Assembly (NCBI GenBank): GCA_965285935.1
Contig: OZ260664.1
Coordinates: forward strand, 17,732,001-17,796,000
DNA length: 64,000 nucleotides
Source: Ophelia neglecta
Lineage: Eukaryota
Direction: 5' to 3'
Positions 12,784 through 26,203 of the stretch are shown here, piece by piece. The position numbers were made by a program, and so were the translations under genes. Position 1 is the stretch's first letter. Each line of letters begins with the position of its first letter. The notes below the pieces were generated by a model, which ran no database searches, had not been told where the DNA came from, and saw only the letters and a program-made list of their open reading frames with translations.

Positions 12784-13830
12784 CTGTACCAACAATAGTT
12801 GAAGTGTCCACAACCAGACAGGACAAGGTAGGAAGTGACAAATACCCGAGTTACCATATAAACCACCAAATCCTACGATGTAGGGAATATTCAGAACGTT
12901 ACTTTGCTCAGTTTGAAGATACATTAGCTCATCTGTTCAGGTGCGCCATCTTAATTATTATAATTAACTTTATTTTAATCTCTAAGTACAGAGGAGCATA
13001 AAAAAAGGAATATACTTACATTTAAAAACTAATTATCTTTGATAAAATTATTGAAACTTAATATATGAGAAATAGGGTTTCAAAAGGCCTCAACTGTAAG
13101 GTCACATTGTTTGAAGTTTTGGCATTATCGGGTATATTCAACGAGTTGGGTCTATGGTTGTTGCTTAAAATATGTACTATGTCTGCCCCAGTACTTTGCG
13201 GACACTTCTAAGAGACAGGTATATCTGTATGTACTTGTAACATACATTGCTTTTGCTTTGCCAGAAATAGTGTTGCACTGTCATAATTTGCATCCAACCC
13301 TTCCATTCCCTGTTCTGTTCAACTTTGAGGACCAGAGACTGTAAAAAAAATCAATTAACACTAATATTATACCAGTTATTGTAGAATTTTCTGAATTATA
13401 TTGTTTTCCTGCTTAGGCAAAATTTTGCGATTTTCCCTACAAAATATTTTCCCGTTATTCAAAAAAAAAAAAAAAATTCATTGCCTTACATTATCATAAT
13501 CAAATAATATTGTGTTTGTAATTAGCATTTGATTACACTTAGATTCTTGTTTGTGTCTCTTCTGAAAACTATTCCAAGTATCAATATTAGCATGAGTGGC
13601 CAATACTCCATTTCTGCGTGGCCTGGTTTGCGCTCGATTCTAAAAACGTTGCTTCTGTAAATACAAAATTCTCTTTGCAAGCAAAAAATATATACAGTGC
13701 ATGATATTAATTTATAGTCAGTGTTTGAGTTTTTGCAGAATATCTCTGCATCATATGGTAGTCAATTTAGATAACTTAATGAATATTTGATTGAATAACG
13801 AAATGAGACATCTTAAGTCATTTCATAATA

Positions 13831-14279
13831 TTAAAATATCAATGATATACGAAACCTGGTGTAAATGTAACAAAACGATACGATTAGTCCAAATCTAACG
13901 AGAGCCCCAATAGCCATAGGTACTGTCGATGAATTGTCTGCTGCATCTTTCCCTGATTCGTTTTCTCTATGTCCGGTTTCGTCATCGTTTTTAGGGTAGT
14001 TAGTTGGATTACAATCTATTTTTATTACCACCCAAACCATGCAGACAATTAGTAAACTGTGAATAGAGGCAGACTTACTTGTTATTATTATGAAAATAAA
14101 AAGAAATATGATGCCGGAATCTATCATGATAAACGTTACAAAACAGTACATAAATTTAATAGTTACATGCACGCAAATGTAGCTGCCGTTTTGTACTGAA
14201 CATGATATTCTTTGCAACACATTCCATCTTCACCCGTAGTTTGGTTATTACAAAGCTTGTTCAGAAGAATCTGAGTATC
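13831..14279 (-). pseudogene. Decayed exon with TM-like segments
   Basis: Acceptor tttttctgttgtgcag at 14280. A phase-1 entry leads into the frame of ORF 13831-14220, with three early stops. Confidence 0.35.
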
Positions 14280-16529
14280 CTGCACAACAGAAAAAATCAA
14301 ACTTTAGTAAATCGAATTGAAACCTGCATATATCACACAAGGAATAGTTTTATTTAAACTTATTCGCTGAATTTTGTCTATGAAATGAGCTTTTCAAAGG
14401 AACTGACCCAATGTAACGGGAGGGGCGTCAAATGAATACCATCGGTGGTGGAGTTGGGAACTCCCGTGAATATAAACTTGGTCGATGACCAAATATGTAC
14501 TGGACTTGAATCTCTGGAAATAAAGAAAGGATCAACTGAATTGTGATATGATTTTGGCATTTTTTCGCGTGTCCAAATGCGGAATTACTTAATATATTAG
14601 TGCACTGAACATGTAAATGTTACTTATCTTTGGAAATAATGTCGCATGATATTCTTACTTTTCAACAAGTATAATACACGATAAAATATTATAAAAACCC
14701 TTTGCAATGTAATATTTTAACAATCATTCCGAACGATAGGTACAAAGACCATAACATTGGAAAACGGTAACATATAAATACTATATAACGCACAAGATTT
14801 TCCTAGCTGCCGCATTATAAACGTCGATCACGCTGTTTTTCAATCTTTTATAACGCCCGTAAAAGAATTCTTCTTTTACAGGATCTACACAGAAAAATAG
14901 TTGTAGTACATATTCTAATTTTGTAATTATCTAGAAAAATAGTTGTTTTTTAAATTATGAGCAAACAGAAAATTATGAATAAGTATGATGGATTATAATG
15001 AAAATTTGATATTTGGAAGGAGTGGCTAACGTTTGCCTCTCCTTACACCATTGATATTTTTGATAGTAGATAAATATTTAACCTAAAAAACCATTTGATA
15101 TACTTCGTAGATTTATACAACAGTACCATACCTTGCATGAGCCACATTATATCTGTGGTGTTAGCCAGCTGTCTTAGCTCCAGTGAAACTAGGTTTTTAA
15201 GATTATCTAAACATTAAATAAAAAGCATGAAGCATGGGGACATACTACCAACATGTTCAACTGTTCATAATGTATTCTAGCTGAATTAATGAATGACATT
15301 CAGTTCTAGTGTCCTACACGAAGCGTTTGAAAGATAGATTAAAAAATAAAAGAATGTCAACTTCACTTTACCTTTGTAGGCATTGAACTCTTTTGGTTTG
15401 TTCAAAATATACCACTGTAGAATAAATATGACACTACATTATCTGCATTGTATGGGTACACCATGGTAAACGGAAAAAAATGTGGTCCCATAAATTTACG
15501 CCCCCCCCCCCCCCCCTCCCCCTGGAGGATCTTAATATCGTGGAAGATGTTAACATCGGCTCTATACAATGCTAGACCGAAGGACAAAATATACAGTCGT
15601 TCATAGACAGAGAGACACTTTAACGATAGACAAGGGGAGGCTTGTTGGATTTCCAAATCCAAAATTTCCAAAAAAAAAAAAAAAAATCCAAATCCAAATC
15701 CAACCAAAAGCTCTACATATATTGGCACCGGATAGAGAGCAACGGTTCCAGCCCAGGAAAATAATGTCCGAAGGCACATCAGTCTCAAGAGAACCACTGA
15801 AAAGAGTAACTTGCGTATCATATATTTGTTACTGGTAAATGTGTCGTCATCGTGCACCGGATCCTTAGACTTTGCCGTATTTAAATTACCCGGAACTTGT
15901 TTCTCTGTCACCAAAGAGTCGTGATTTTCTCCGATTTGGTTTTAACAATTTCCCTCTAGCCAGATTTTGATATAGGCCGGCACTGTTTTCTGTTTCCCAT
16001 TTATAAATGATTAAAGGACAATTGCTCCATGAGTCTTTATTTTATAGGTATAAACGTGCTAACCGCAATATGTAGAGACCTCAGGACCTCAGGCCGGTTC
16101 TTATATAGGCCTATATGATGACATGGAACTGTACAGTCTGTGGTTATAGGCGCAGTAAAGTAATTTGGACAATATAACACTCTTTAATAATAAAACAACC
16201 TTCTTAAATTATGATTTTGCAAAGTTCAGGAAAAATAGTTTTCATGATTAGAGAAAATAAATCATCATAGTTGAGTAATGTTCATGTCACTAATCAACTA
16301 TTAATCTTATGAAATGCTTATTTTAAACAGGTACAATAATATGATAACTATGGACATTTGGTGGATTACCTCAATCCCATGGGTTTTGTCTTATTTAAGC
16401 GATAGAGTGAGAGCTTAAACTTGATTCTGCCTCAACCCACCCATGCATAATTTAAACTGCTAAATTAATTATACCAATCAGGTTTCATATCGACTGGGCA
16501 CTGTATTGATCCTTCCTGGTATAGTTTTT

Positions 16530-17600
16530 ACCGCACCGGGTAAGAGTGCAGGCGTGACCTCAAGACTTCCTGTCGCATGCGCAACTTCAAGTTGATTATT
16601 TGGGAAACTCGTTAGCTCTGGCCCAGTTGGTGTTTTCCCCTTTTTGGAGTAAAAATTCTCGGCCTAGAAGGTGCATTTTTTTTCCTCGAGTGGGCTTTGT
16701 TCCATCGATAAATTTTGTTTTCCTCATCGACTTCGTATGATCTCTGATCAAGTCTTTCACTTTTGTCCTTTTACCCGATCCTTCCCTTTAATTGAAGGTT
16801 TCATTCATAATATGCCATTTCCTTCCAATTAGGGAAGAGCTTTCGCTTTCATATAGAAATATTTTTTTTGCTACCTATCTTGGTGAAAAACTATCGGCTT
16901 CTTAATAATTTGTCCTTCTATGGAGTTTTTGTGTGGTAGGAAGCAGTGTCCATGTCAGGATTGGTCTGTAATATTGACAACATACTTGATATTAGCATGA
17001 TTGACAGTTATGAGATTCGTCTTTACAATGGCTTTTGCTCCCGATATAGGTGGAAGATTCTCCTTCACCACGATGAAACGTACCAGGTATTGGTTACTGT
17101 TTCGGGATTCACCCGTATCCTGCAGTGGCCAATCGGTTTTATTGTGTCCTTGTTCCATAAAGCTATAGTATGGTCTGTAGTAGAGAGCTTCGCCAATATT
17201 TGCTTAACAAATTATTTGAAATGCCAGTGTCCAGATGAAATGTCACCGGTTTGTCTACTAAGTTAATTTCAGCATATAACTAAGAAGCCACATGGTGTAC
17301 ATTTGTTAAGTCAATAAATGACATCATACCGTCGACAGCATCCAAATTTGTTTTCCTTGACTTGCATTTAATTGTGAAATGCTATTTCCCGCATGTATCC
17401 CGCCACGCAGGCCGTTTTATTCTTTTCCTCACATGTTTCTGGCCACAGAATAAAAAAAAATCAATTTCTTGGTGTATCTATTTATCACCTTTTTTCTTAA
17501 ATCTTGCTCATTTCTTCTGCCAATGTTGTTATTCTTTCTTCTATTTTCCCATTTTAAAAACTCCATGTACAGCAATTTCATCTGCACATTGACTAGCAGA
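16530..17600 (-). mobile_element. Ancient Gypsy-type LTR retrotransposon integrase relic
   Basis: Remnants in the expected order across frameshifts: D.YYSFME (VDYYS.F.E), GYG.IPETVT (ARYGIPE), TLLPT, DQRSYEVDEENKIYRWNKAH (RSY.V...YRRNR.H), and TRCGK (TRSGR). Confidence 0.6.
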
Positions 17601-18427
17601 AGCACCAGTCATTACTCTGAGTCTCTCAGATAAACACTCATCTGACGTTCATATGTCTATGGATCTTATATATCTAAGATTTATCTATCGGCGCTTTTGG
17701 TGGTAGTCACGCCCCAGTGCTGGGACACGGAATATCAGTGTGTATGTTGGGACGGATTGTACCATGCATAATAACACATTAAATTTTGCTTCATCCACAT
17801 ATTATGTATGTTTTTGTATGTACCTACCAGGCAGCTGTCCATGATAAGCAAATCAGGTCTGGTGTCAGGATGATTCGCCCAATTACTCAAGGGTTTTTTC
17901 ATACAGTCATCAATATACGCACACCATATGAAGTTCTAAAATATGTAGATATAAATCGACAATTTATCAATATGAACAGAATTTGTGGGCATTTTAAAAT
18001 CACGATATCATCAAAATAAAATGTTTGATAGATATTATAAAAAATCCACGCAACTGTTTTTATTAGACCAGCCAGTTCGACAAAGCCAAAGTCCTCGTTT
18101 AATAGTTACATGTTTATATATTGATATCTAGTAAAATGTTTAACTCACAACTTTAACATTGATCTCTTTGGCATTCCATTCGAACGAACGCTTATCCATA
18201 AGACCTGTGTAACCTAGGTTTATTATTAGGCTATAATGTTTCCGACGGCCTCTTGAATCGCCCATGATTACAATGTGTTTCAAAGAGCCCCATTCGGATT
18301 TGGTTTTCAAGCAATTTCGTGCTTCTCTAAAAATATATAGCAGGCTTACAGAAAAGAACCTGCTTGATTATAGAATTTCAGAGAACTCAATACAGAAAGT
18401 TCTAATGAAGCGTCTTAGGGTTATTCT

Positions 18428-18662
18428 GGGCCGGTTTCTAAAAGCTGTCTAAAGTTTTCGGATTTAAATCGGGAATAAAGCGTTTAATCGGTATCATCTT
18501 GCTAATCGGGTTATTTGAAAGATGGATTTGGTCTTAACTGTAATCATTTTGGTCTTACACTTCATTCTGGTCAATGGAAACAACGATTCATTCCTTAGCC
18601 TCAGTTATTCGGTATTAGTATAATCTAACCCAAAACGTAACACCGTTTCCTGAAACCGGCCA
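18428..18662. mobile_element. Diverged copy of the Harbinger-type MITE
   Basis: Starts GGGCCGGTTTCTAAAAG and ends TTTCCTGAAACCGGCC. Internal blocks are colinear with 3773-4009 (GGTCTTAA, CTGGTCAATGGAAAC, CCCAAAACGTAA). Confidence 0.75.
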
Positions 18663-19429
18663 AGGTTGCTTGAATAATTTAGATTACTTTTATGGATATC
18701 GGTTACTCATCAAAATAGCCATTCGATAGATGATAAGAATATTACTCTTTGCTGTACTCGCGCATCAAGCAGCCATATGGTTGGTACGTCCCATCTTGAA
18801 ATTTACCTTCCTGAAGCAGCCATTTACATGTGTCTCGTCCTAGTAAATCAAATGTATATCAGCAGTTAGGTAAAATATCCATACATACTACTTTAGGCAC
18901 GGCATGGCCTAAACGTAAGAAAAATATAGGAATCATGAACAAATAATCCATTCGCAAAAAGGAAAATATGTAAATGTGATTATGAACCTATCATAGCTGG
19001 GGATTGCTTCATTGATGGGTGTGCCCCTGTGGCTGCTTATTCCTGTCGATTTCGGGACGATTTAATGGATTATTCTTTTAATAGTGATTTGGCTTTGTCT
19101 GTCCCGTATGCATTCCCGTTTATTTTTTCACTTTTACTTAGTTTTGGAATTGTGCTTATAAAGTGTGCAGACCTTGGAGTGACCATATTTTTCAAAACAA
19201 AGTAAAGATATGTATGTTAGTAAATAATGCTAGATATGAAAATAATGACTAGTTAAATGCTTTTATTTTGGGGACAATTATAATGTGTGATGATTAATAT
19301 TAATTATACACAGTAGTTTATTTGTTTTAACATGATGTATAGCAATGCTATCGGCATTGCCAATGCGCCTTCATGCGCACCGCCCTCATTAGTATGTGTT
19401 TTTTCTAAAAGTTATTTATTCATGTAGAA

Positions 19430-20770
19430 ATAGAACAACCGTTATCTTGTTATGCCTTCCTTAACTAGAAATTAATGCATCATTATTATTGTTAACAAAT
19501 AACTATATCATCAAAATTCAATTTGGAGCTAATAATTCATTGCTTCATTCTAGCACCAGTAAAACCCTGTCGTTATTTTATTGATTTGTCGAGTGATAAT
19601 TCGGAAGTAAACTCTAGTTTTAAGCAGGCAAGTGTTGTACCTTGACATTAAAGGAAGACAAATACGTTCAGGGTAACCAAAGGCTTGTTTCTATATCGCC
19701 AGTGCTACGTAAGTGGTGTACAATCAATTTAGACATTATCTATTTCAAGAAATATTGTGTATCCCTTTCAATCAGGTAACTTACAAAAGGCGTTCAAAAC
19801 TATTGATATACCTTATAACTATCTGATCTTGGTGCTCACTAAGAACGATTAATTGCTTGATTCATACTGATCTTTTCGTATTAAAAGTGTTAATGTGACT
19901 GGTGTGTTTTTGTGTTTTCAGACCCACTTATGGCACATGGGGCGTCTCACAGGGCTCATCTTCAAGACCCTTATTATTTCTTATCGATGTTTGTGGCATG
20001 TCTGCTGCAGTCAAATGTAACTTATTCTTACATCCTGATGGCTCTGTCCTGGCGGTAAGAGGTAATGATATTGCGGCATAGAAACAATATTAAAAAAAGA
20101 ATTGAATATTGTGAAAAAAAATGACAAAAACTATCTTTCCACTTGGAGAAGAGAGCTTGCTGTTAAACGTAGGCTATTCGCGTCACATAGCTATTCCATG
20201 TGATGAAATTATCATAAAGTTTAAAACAAGTGTCATAATTGGGTACTCTTGTTGATTGTGCCATGGATGGTGAAGTAGTGGACAAGAGTGCGATAAGACA
20301 AATTAATGCTAAAGTTTCTTAACAGAAAGCAAGAAATTTTAACAACTTTGGTTGGGCAACTATTTACCTCATCTTAACTGCAATCTTACTTTGATTATGG
20401 CGGTAAGTTTTTGTTAATTGGTTGTCCCAATTTTCTAAGAATAGAAAGTATTCCGCTTAAGTTTCAATTTTAGAACGCATCTTGACGTGTCATTTACAAT
20501 ACGCCCTTTTTTCTTACTGTGCAGAACAGACCAGACCACTTGACCCTAGGACTTGTCCATTAATGACCACATCATATATGTGTAATTTAATTGGAGTCAA
20601 TGATGTGCATGGTCACTTAACAAGGCGTTGTAGTTGCAATGCTGTTCCTTAAGCATGTGTATAGAAAATCTGGTCACAAAAATTATGTTAGAGGTGCTAC
20701 TCTATGGAATAAGTTCTCATCTTAAATACAATGCGTAAGTCAGATAAGCTTCAACCTAAGTTGTAATAAT
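19430..20770 (+). mobile_element. Heavily decayed CR1/L2-group LINE RT fragment
   Basis: LQKAFKTID (~19780) and GVSQGSSSRPLLFLIDVCGMSAAVKCNLFLHPDGSVL (~19940-20050) match degenerate DLxKAFDT and GVPQGSILGPLLF...YADD. Confidence 0.7.
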
Positions 20771-20777
20771 ACGAATA

Positions 20778-20960
20778 TTTATTATGCGCTCAATATCCTC
20801 CATCCTCAGGACCTGGGATCGAATTGGGGTCGCGCCAGCGTGGGAGTACGACGTGTTGAGTCTGTGCCACGCCTTCCATGCGTGGCATATGATATGCCCA
20901 TTTATTATTATTTAGCGCTCAGTATCCTGTGTCATAGTGTTCAAAGGCGCTTTACAAAGT
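20778..20960 (-). mobile_element. Short tRNA-derived SINE remnant plus a second SINE/L2-type tail
   Basis: Minus strand reads GGCGTGGCACAG...TTCGATCCCAGG then GGATATTGAGCGCATAATAAAT. An adjacent tail reads TGTAAAGCGCCTTTGAAC...GAGCGCTAAATAATAATAAA. Confidence 0.45.
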
Positions 20961-21404
20961 ATTTTATTATTCCTTGTTTTCAAACAAATTTTATAGCCAT
21001 TTAAGCTCATATAATAGAGTTAATGACATTCCGGTTAGCTATACACTACTACAAATGTGATAATTATACTCACCTGTGTTTGTTATGAGTAAAGCTGATT
21101 AGGGAGTAAAGGTTTTATATTATATTAGAGCCTGAATGGAAATTATTTGAATTTTTTATCTTTTGGTGTCACGTTTTTCGACTGTCTTTTGTTATGTATA
21201 TATAAACCCTCTCGGTTGTCATCATAAGAATATGTGATGTTACTCGGTAGTGGTGTTTGATGTATTGTGATAATTTTTCTGATGTACTTTCTACTTTGTT
21301 GTACATGCTATCTATAAACAATCGAATAGTTGTTTCTAATTGAAGGTTGGTGGCACATTGCTCTTACTCGTAATTTCAGTCGCCTAAATAAAGAATTTAC
21401 TTAC

Positions 21405-21483
21405 CATATGTTATGAGATAATATACATTTCCCATAATGACGAACGCCAGAGCCGAAGCTATAGCCACGTTGACATTCCTCAT
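21405..21483 (-). CDS. Candidate first coding exon encoding a signal peptide/anchor (MRNVNVAIASALAFVIMGNVYYLITY)
   Basis: Upstream acceptor atatttacag (21544), ATG at 21483, 26 codons plus 1 nt, then a perfect G|GTAAGT donor (21404-21399). Confidence 0.4.
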
Positions 21484-21949
21484 GATTAGGAAAAGGCCAT
21501 CGGATTCATAAGCCAGAGTTGTAGTTCTTCAATCGACTCTAGTCTGTAAATATTCAAGTTTTATTTATACCAGTAATTTTGATTATACTGAAATTGTCTA
21601 GCTACTCAAAACGAGCGCAAACTCAAATTGCAAATTCCTTGTTCTAAGGGGAATTCTAGCTCCCCCCCCCCCCCTCATCACACACATACACACACGCAAG
21701 CCCCAATCCCTCCACGAGTAGAAAATTATTGAAATAATGTTTAATTATTACACATCTTATACATTAATATTTTGTTTATATCAAACATAGGAATGTGCTG
21801 TTTCAATTCAGATAGTTCATAAACTACATGCACAAGCATAATGTACCAACTAATGTCCATGTACTAATTTACAGATGATAAGAAGCTATCCTCAGTCAAA
21901 GCTTCACATGACACTTAGTTTTAAATAATAGTTATCTGGAGTACAACTT

Positions 21950-22760
21950 TGTTATCCGTTTGGCAGAATCTAATTGTGGGAAGTACAAATTTAAGATATC
22001 ATGGCTAAATATTGAACTTAATACGACATCTACCACCTAAACACAAACGATATTTTTGATGAAAATGAGAGCTTTTCGTACAACTAAGATACTTGGCATC
22101 CTGGCCCAAGTGTACGATGTAATGAGCGCATCTTATTCTGGGAAATAGGGTATTAGGATCTGTCCACCGCTCGCATTCAATACTTCACACAGTACTCACA
22201 CTTTTTTATTTGGGGCATGTCGAAGATTTCTTATAGTCTTGTTTCTGCTTATCATCTAGGATATACGATCCCATGTATTTGAGTTTGCTGCCCCGATCTA
22301 TTGCCCTACGCTTGTTTGGTCGAGCTTTTCGATTTGTGTATATCTGATCTAAACTAAACATAAATTTTACTAGTAATACAATTAAATAATGTTACCAAGT
22401 GTGGCACAGGGTTAAGTATAATTTGATAACAGAAGACTCAGGCCAGGTAAACACTCTAACGTTGATAAGGAACATTTATAGCACGGAGTTTGACGGATGT
22501 CTAACTCTATTTCTGTGGGTTTTAAATAATCAATTTCGTCAATTCAGTTACGCAGAAATATTTAAAAAAAGTGAAAGCTCAATCGGAGATCTAAATTCAT
22601 AAATGTCCGTAATCCTTATATAGGCACGTGTGATATATTCAGTTGCCAGCTAAGTTATATCTTAACATTCAATGGAGCCCCTACTCGGGAAGCATATGAA
22701 TTGGTGACACCTTGCGGGATTTGAAGTGAACAAAGGTTATTATCGAAGGCGGGAAAAGGA
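21950..22760 (-). mobile_element. Very old LINE RT relic
   Basis: AIDRGSKLKYMGSYILDD (~22300-22250) resembles the RT thumb FKYLGS motif. Other motifs are barely recognisable and the boundaries are approximate. Confidence 0.3.
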
Positions 22761-23056
22761 CCACCTTACGACGTATTGGAAAACTAATAGACGGGTCATT
22801 TACCTGTCTGCATATTTGTTGACCGTAATTAACAGAAAAACGTATAGTACTTCGATATGGTACTCATAAAGGTGACGTATGAGTAAACTGCTTTTGTTCT
22901 TGGATGTTCTTGTTTTCGAAAGTTATTTTCCTTTGATTTCACATATCGCGTAACATTTAATACCTACGCTACTGATCCATTATTGGATCTGTATCATGTA
23001 TGAGAATGCCCGATGATTGCTAACAACGACCTTTATAGTGACGTTTTAAATATGTT

Positions 23057-23468
23057 AGTGCCCACTGTATAATCCATACAATACAATGTTGGAGCATTTC
23101 TTAATTGTGGCGGTATAAAATACATTACATTTGTAGCATGCACTAGTGCCCACAGTATAGTGGATACTTTACCCTGTCAGTGTCAATTGCTGTTTAAATA
23201 GAGCCCTTGAACCAAGACATTACAACTGTATACAGGGCAGTGCCCACAGCTCAATATGTACTATACACCCTTACATCATTGATTTTTACATGGTGCTCAT
23301 TTAAGAATACTTTGCTTTGTAACCTGTGAAAGTGCCCACTGCATAATATCAAGGTATTATGTTAGTCAAGTTTGACTTTAAAATTAACCGGTTATATTAT
23401 GAGGTTAGACGTGGTCACAGACGTGCTTTAAAAGTTAGTATGTTAGTACATGTATGTCAGTGGGCACT
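23057..23468. repeat. Degenerate ~90-bp tandem repeat anchored by AGTGCCCAC
   Basis: Exact 9-mer at 23057, 23145, 23239 and 23331 (spacings 88, 94, 92), with an inverted copy AGTGGGCACT at 23459. Confidence 0.7.
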
Positions 23469-24299
23469 TTTATGTATGTTAGTGTGTATGAAATGTAAGT
23501 TAAATGTTAAATAACAAAGTCTGTTAATAACGCGCATAAATGTTCTATCTAAGCATGGCATATAAGTCAAGTGTGAAATTGTTTAAACGTTCCAGCTATG
23601 AAATGTGGTATATTGTATTATGTAGGTGTGACTGTGACTGATTATTGTTTATTTTCTTATTCAAATGTACTTCTGCTTAGTCTACTACTATCACTTCTAC
23701 AGCTTCTGATGAATGGTGGGATAACCGTATGTATCCCTCAAAGGAAGGTGTGCTTTATAAATCGCACAAAACCCCCTAGGTTACAACGGAGCCCCCAGTG
23801 AGAAGCAATATGGCCGCCTTATTTGACTGACAATAACTAATCAAAGATTTTGGTTGCTGTGAAATACAATAGCGCAAAGCTGTATAAGGTTTGAGATTAA
23901 GTCAAACACAATGGAAATAGAAAAGAATATGCTCGTTATTGATTGTTGGAACCTTCTTATGCACAAGTACAATGGGACTGAACTATTTGACTGAATGCAG
24001 TATATATTGACATTTCAGGCCTGCAACGCTGCTATGGATGACTGTTAATGAAAGGTCAGTAAGGACTTAGAGTTAATAATGCACACAATACATTGTCTAA
24101 GTATTATTAGCATGAGTCGAATATGGTTGCCGTTTGACTTTAATAAGTCAAGAAGAAAATTCCCAGTAAAATAATTATACAATACAAGTTTGATGAAAGC
24201 TCCAAAATATGGTTAGGATACTACGGGTATAAACACGATTTTGGAAGATTTTGAAAGGTTGTGCTTAATTTGCATAATGCATACGTTTTAGTTTCCAAA

Positions 24300-24900
24300 T
24301 TGGATGCTTGGCAGACATTTATGGTGGAGACAGATAAACGAGAGATGTATATGCAATACACATAAACATATTAGTTTAAAACTGATGTCGGGATTATAAT
24401 TCGAAGTTGCAAGCAGGGTAATAGTAGCACCACAAAAGTGATTAAAAAGTAGAGTCCAACCTTCCAATATACTTGAGTTGTCTTGTTTTTATTTGTAATT
24501 AAAGGGATTAATGGCTCCTATTCCGACCGAGTCAATCATTGATACAATTGAACAAAATTTTAGGAGTCACAACACTATTATAGAAGGTTGTAATGATGTC
24601 TGTGCTTGGATAGAAGTTACAGATTAGAAGGTAATATGAATATCAAACGTATGGAGAATCGCCGAGAGACTAAGCTTAAAATTCAGAGACATAGAGTGTG
24701 GGATAAAGCAAGGAACAATCGACACCGATATATTAAAGGTTTCGTGCACCACAATGAAAATAAGCAGAATACAGGAGAGTAAACAAAAGGAGCCCATGGC
24801 TTAGACATAGATCATGAAAATGCCAGTGAGTTATACCATTTATTTTTCAAAGAAAAGTAAATAATTCAGGTGTTTATTTGAACAAGGAGCTGTTGGCTGG
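24300..24900 (-). mobile_element. Possible ancient CR1-group LINE C-terminal relic
   Basis: Remnants CFIPHS, LPSNL, LTR and QLKYIGRLDST..FCGA occur in the order expected after RT. Confidence 0.25.
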
Positions 24901-25402
24901 CACTAAATGTTTATAGCAAACCGGAAGGGAATCCAGGCAGAATGGACAGAAACCAGGCAGATTTGACAAAATTAACGATTAGTTTATTACAATGGACCTA
25001 AATTAATTAAAGAATACTAAGGGCAAGCCAAAGAGAAACATCAATTCCCAGCCCAATCACTGATTCCCGTTGAATCTAATCAATTAATGAACTCTGCTCT
25101 TACGATATGTGCTTAGAAAGCAGTTTGTGCGTTAAAGAGAAGTCAATCTACACAAGAGGAATCCTCTAGTTTTTTTGGTATCTTTCAGTTATAAAATGGT
25201 GGTTAAACCTGAGACTTGATTGGACCTGGATAGTGTGGAGGCAATAGGAGCGAGGGGGACCAAATTTTCAGTTTTTAGACGGCTAAACAGTGGTTGGACT
25301 CGCGGAAAGTTGAAAATCTTTTAAGATAAGTGTCATAGAAAACCAGTGTACCTATAACTGTGTAGAAAATATAGAGGGAAAAGGGAAAAATTCAGAAAGA
25401 AA

Positions 25403-26203
25403 ATGTCCACGGAATCAGCCACACAAAATAAAACGAAGCAGGGGGGCACTCCATTTTTGGAAACCACTCTGTATAATATGTCCAGGCAATTAGGAGGCAT
25501 AGAAGACAAGCTAACTAGAATTGAAACTAGGCTGAATGATATGGATAGTAAAATCTCTAATCAAGAGGTCAGAATTACTGATTTAGAGAATGGATAAACT
25601 CACATCGAGGCTACACAAGAGGAAATTCTCCTTGACATTGTAGATATAAAATATAACTACATTTCCAAGGCCGAATTCATTAAGGAAAAGAGGAAACTGG
25701 TAGACCTAAGTAACAGGAGCAGGAGAAACTCTGTTGTGATACATGGACTTCCGGAGAGTCCGACCGAAACCACTGATAGTCTGAAAGAAAGTGTTCAAAA
25801 AATGTTAACAGAAGAACTGAACTTAGGAAGGAGAGACATCTCTAGGATACACAGGACGCCAGGAAAGCAGAACAAGAAGTTTGAAAAGCCGAGGATGGTG
25901 CATGTCAAGATACATAGATAGCAGGACCGTGAAAATATCATCAGAAATGGTCCAAAGATTCTAAGAGAAAAAGAGTCATCGATATATATCTCTGATGATG
26001 TGGACCCCGTCACTCGAAAGAAAGGAGATATACTAAGGGAAAAGGCCAAGAGTATGAGAAAGGAAGGAAAAATAGCTTTTGTTCCACTTAGTGTTCCAAG
26101 AGTGCTTCTCTACCGGGAGAAGGGACAAGAAAATGAAAATATACAACTCAAGGCCCTACACCTTACAGAACAGGAGAGGACTGCTTGTCTCATGAACTGC
26201 TAA
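25403..26203 (+). pseudogene. ORF1 of element A (coiled coil plus L1-ORF1/RRM-like domain)
   Basis: Three track ORFs share one frame, separated by stops at 25595 and 25919. Motifs: heptad region, NRSRRNSVVIHGLPE, HRTPGK, PRMVHVK, IYISDD. Confidence 0.85.

Noticed and set aside
19922-20054. Host exon (ttttcag ... cg|gtaaga)
   Set aside because: The content is decayed LINE RT sequence and the 133-nt length has no supported partner exons.
23057-23468. CRISPR-like array of regularly spaced repeats
   Set aside because: The repeat is only 9 bp, spacers are ~80 bp and resemble each other, there are no cas genes, and the context is eukaryotic.
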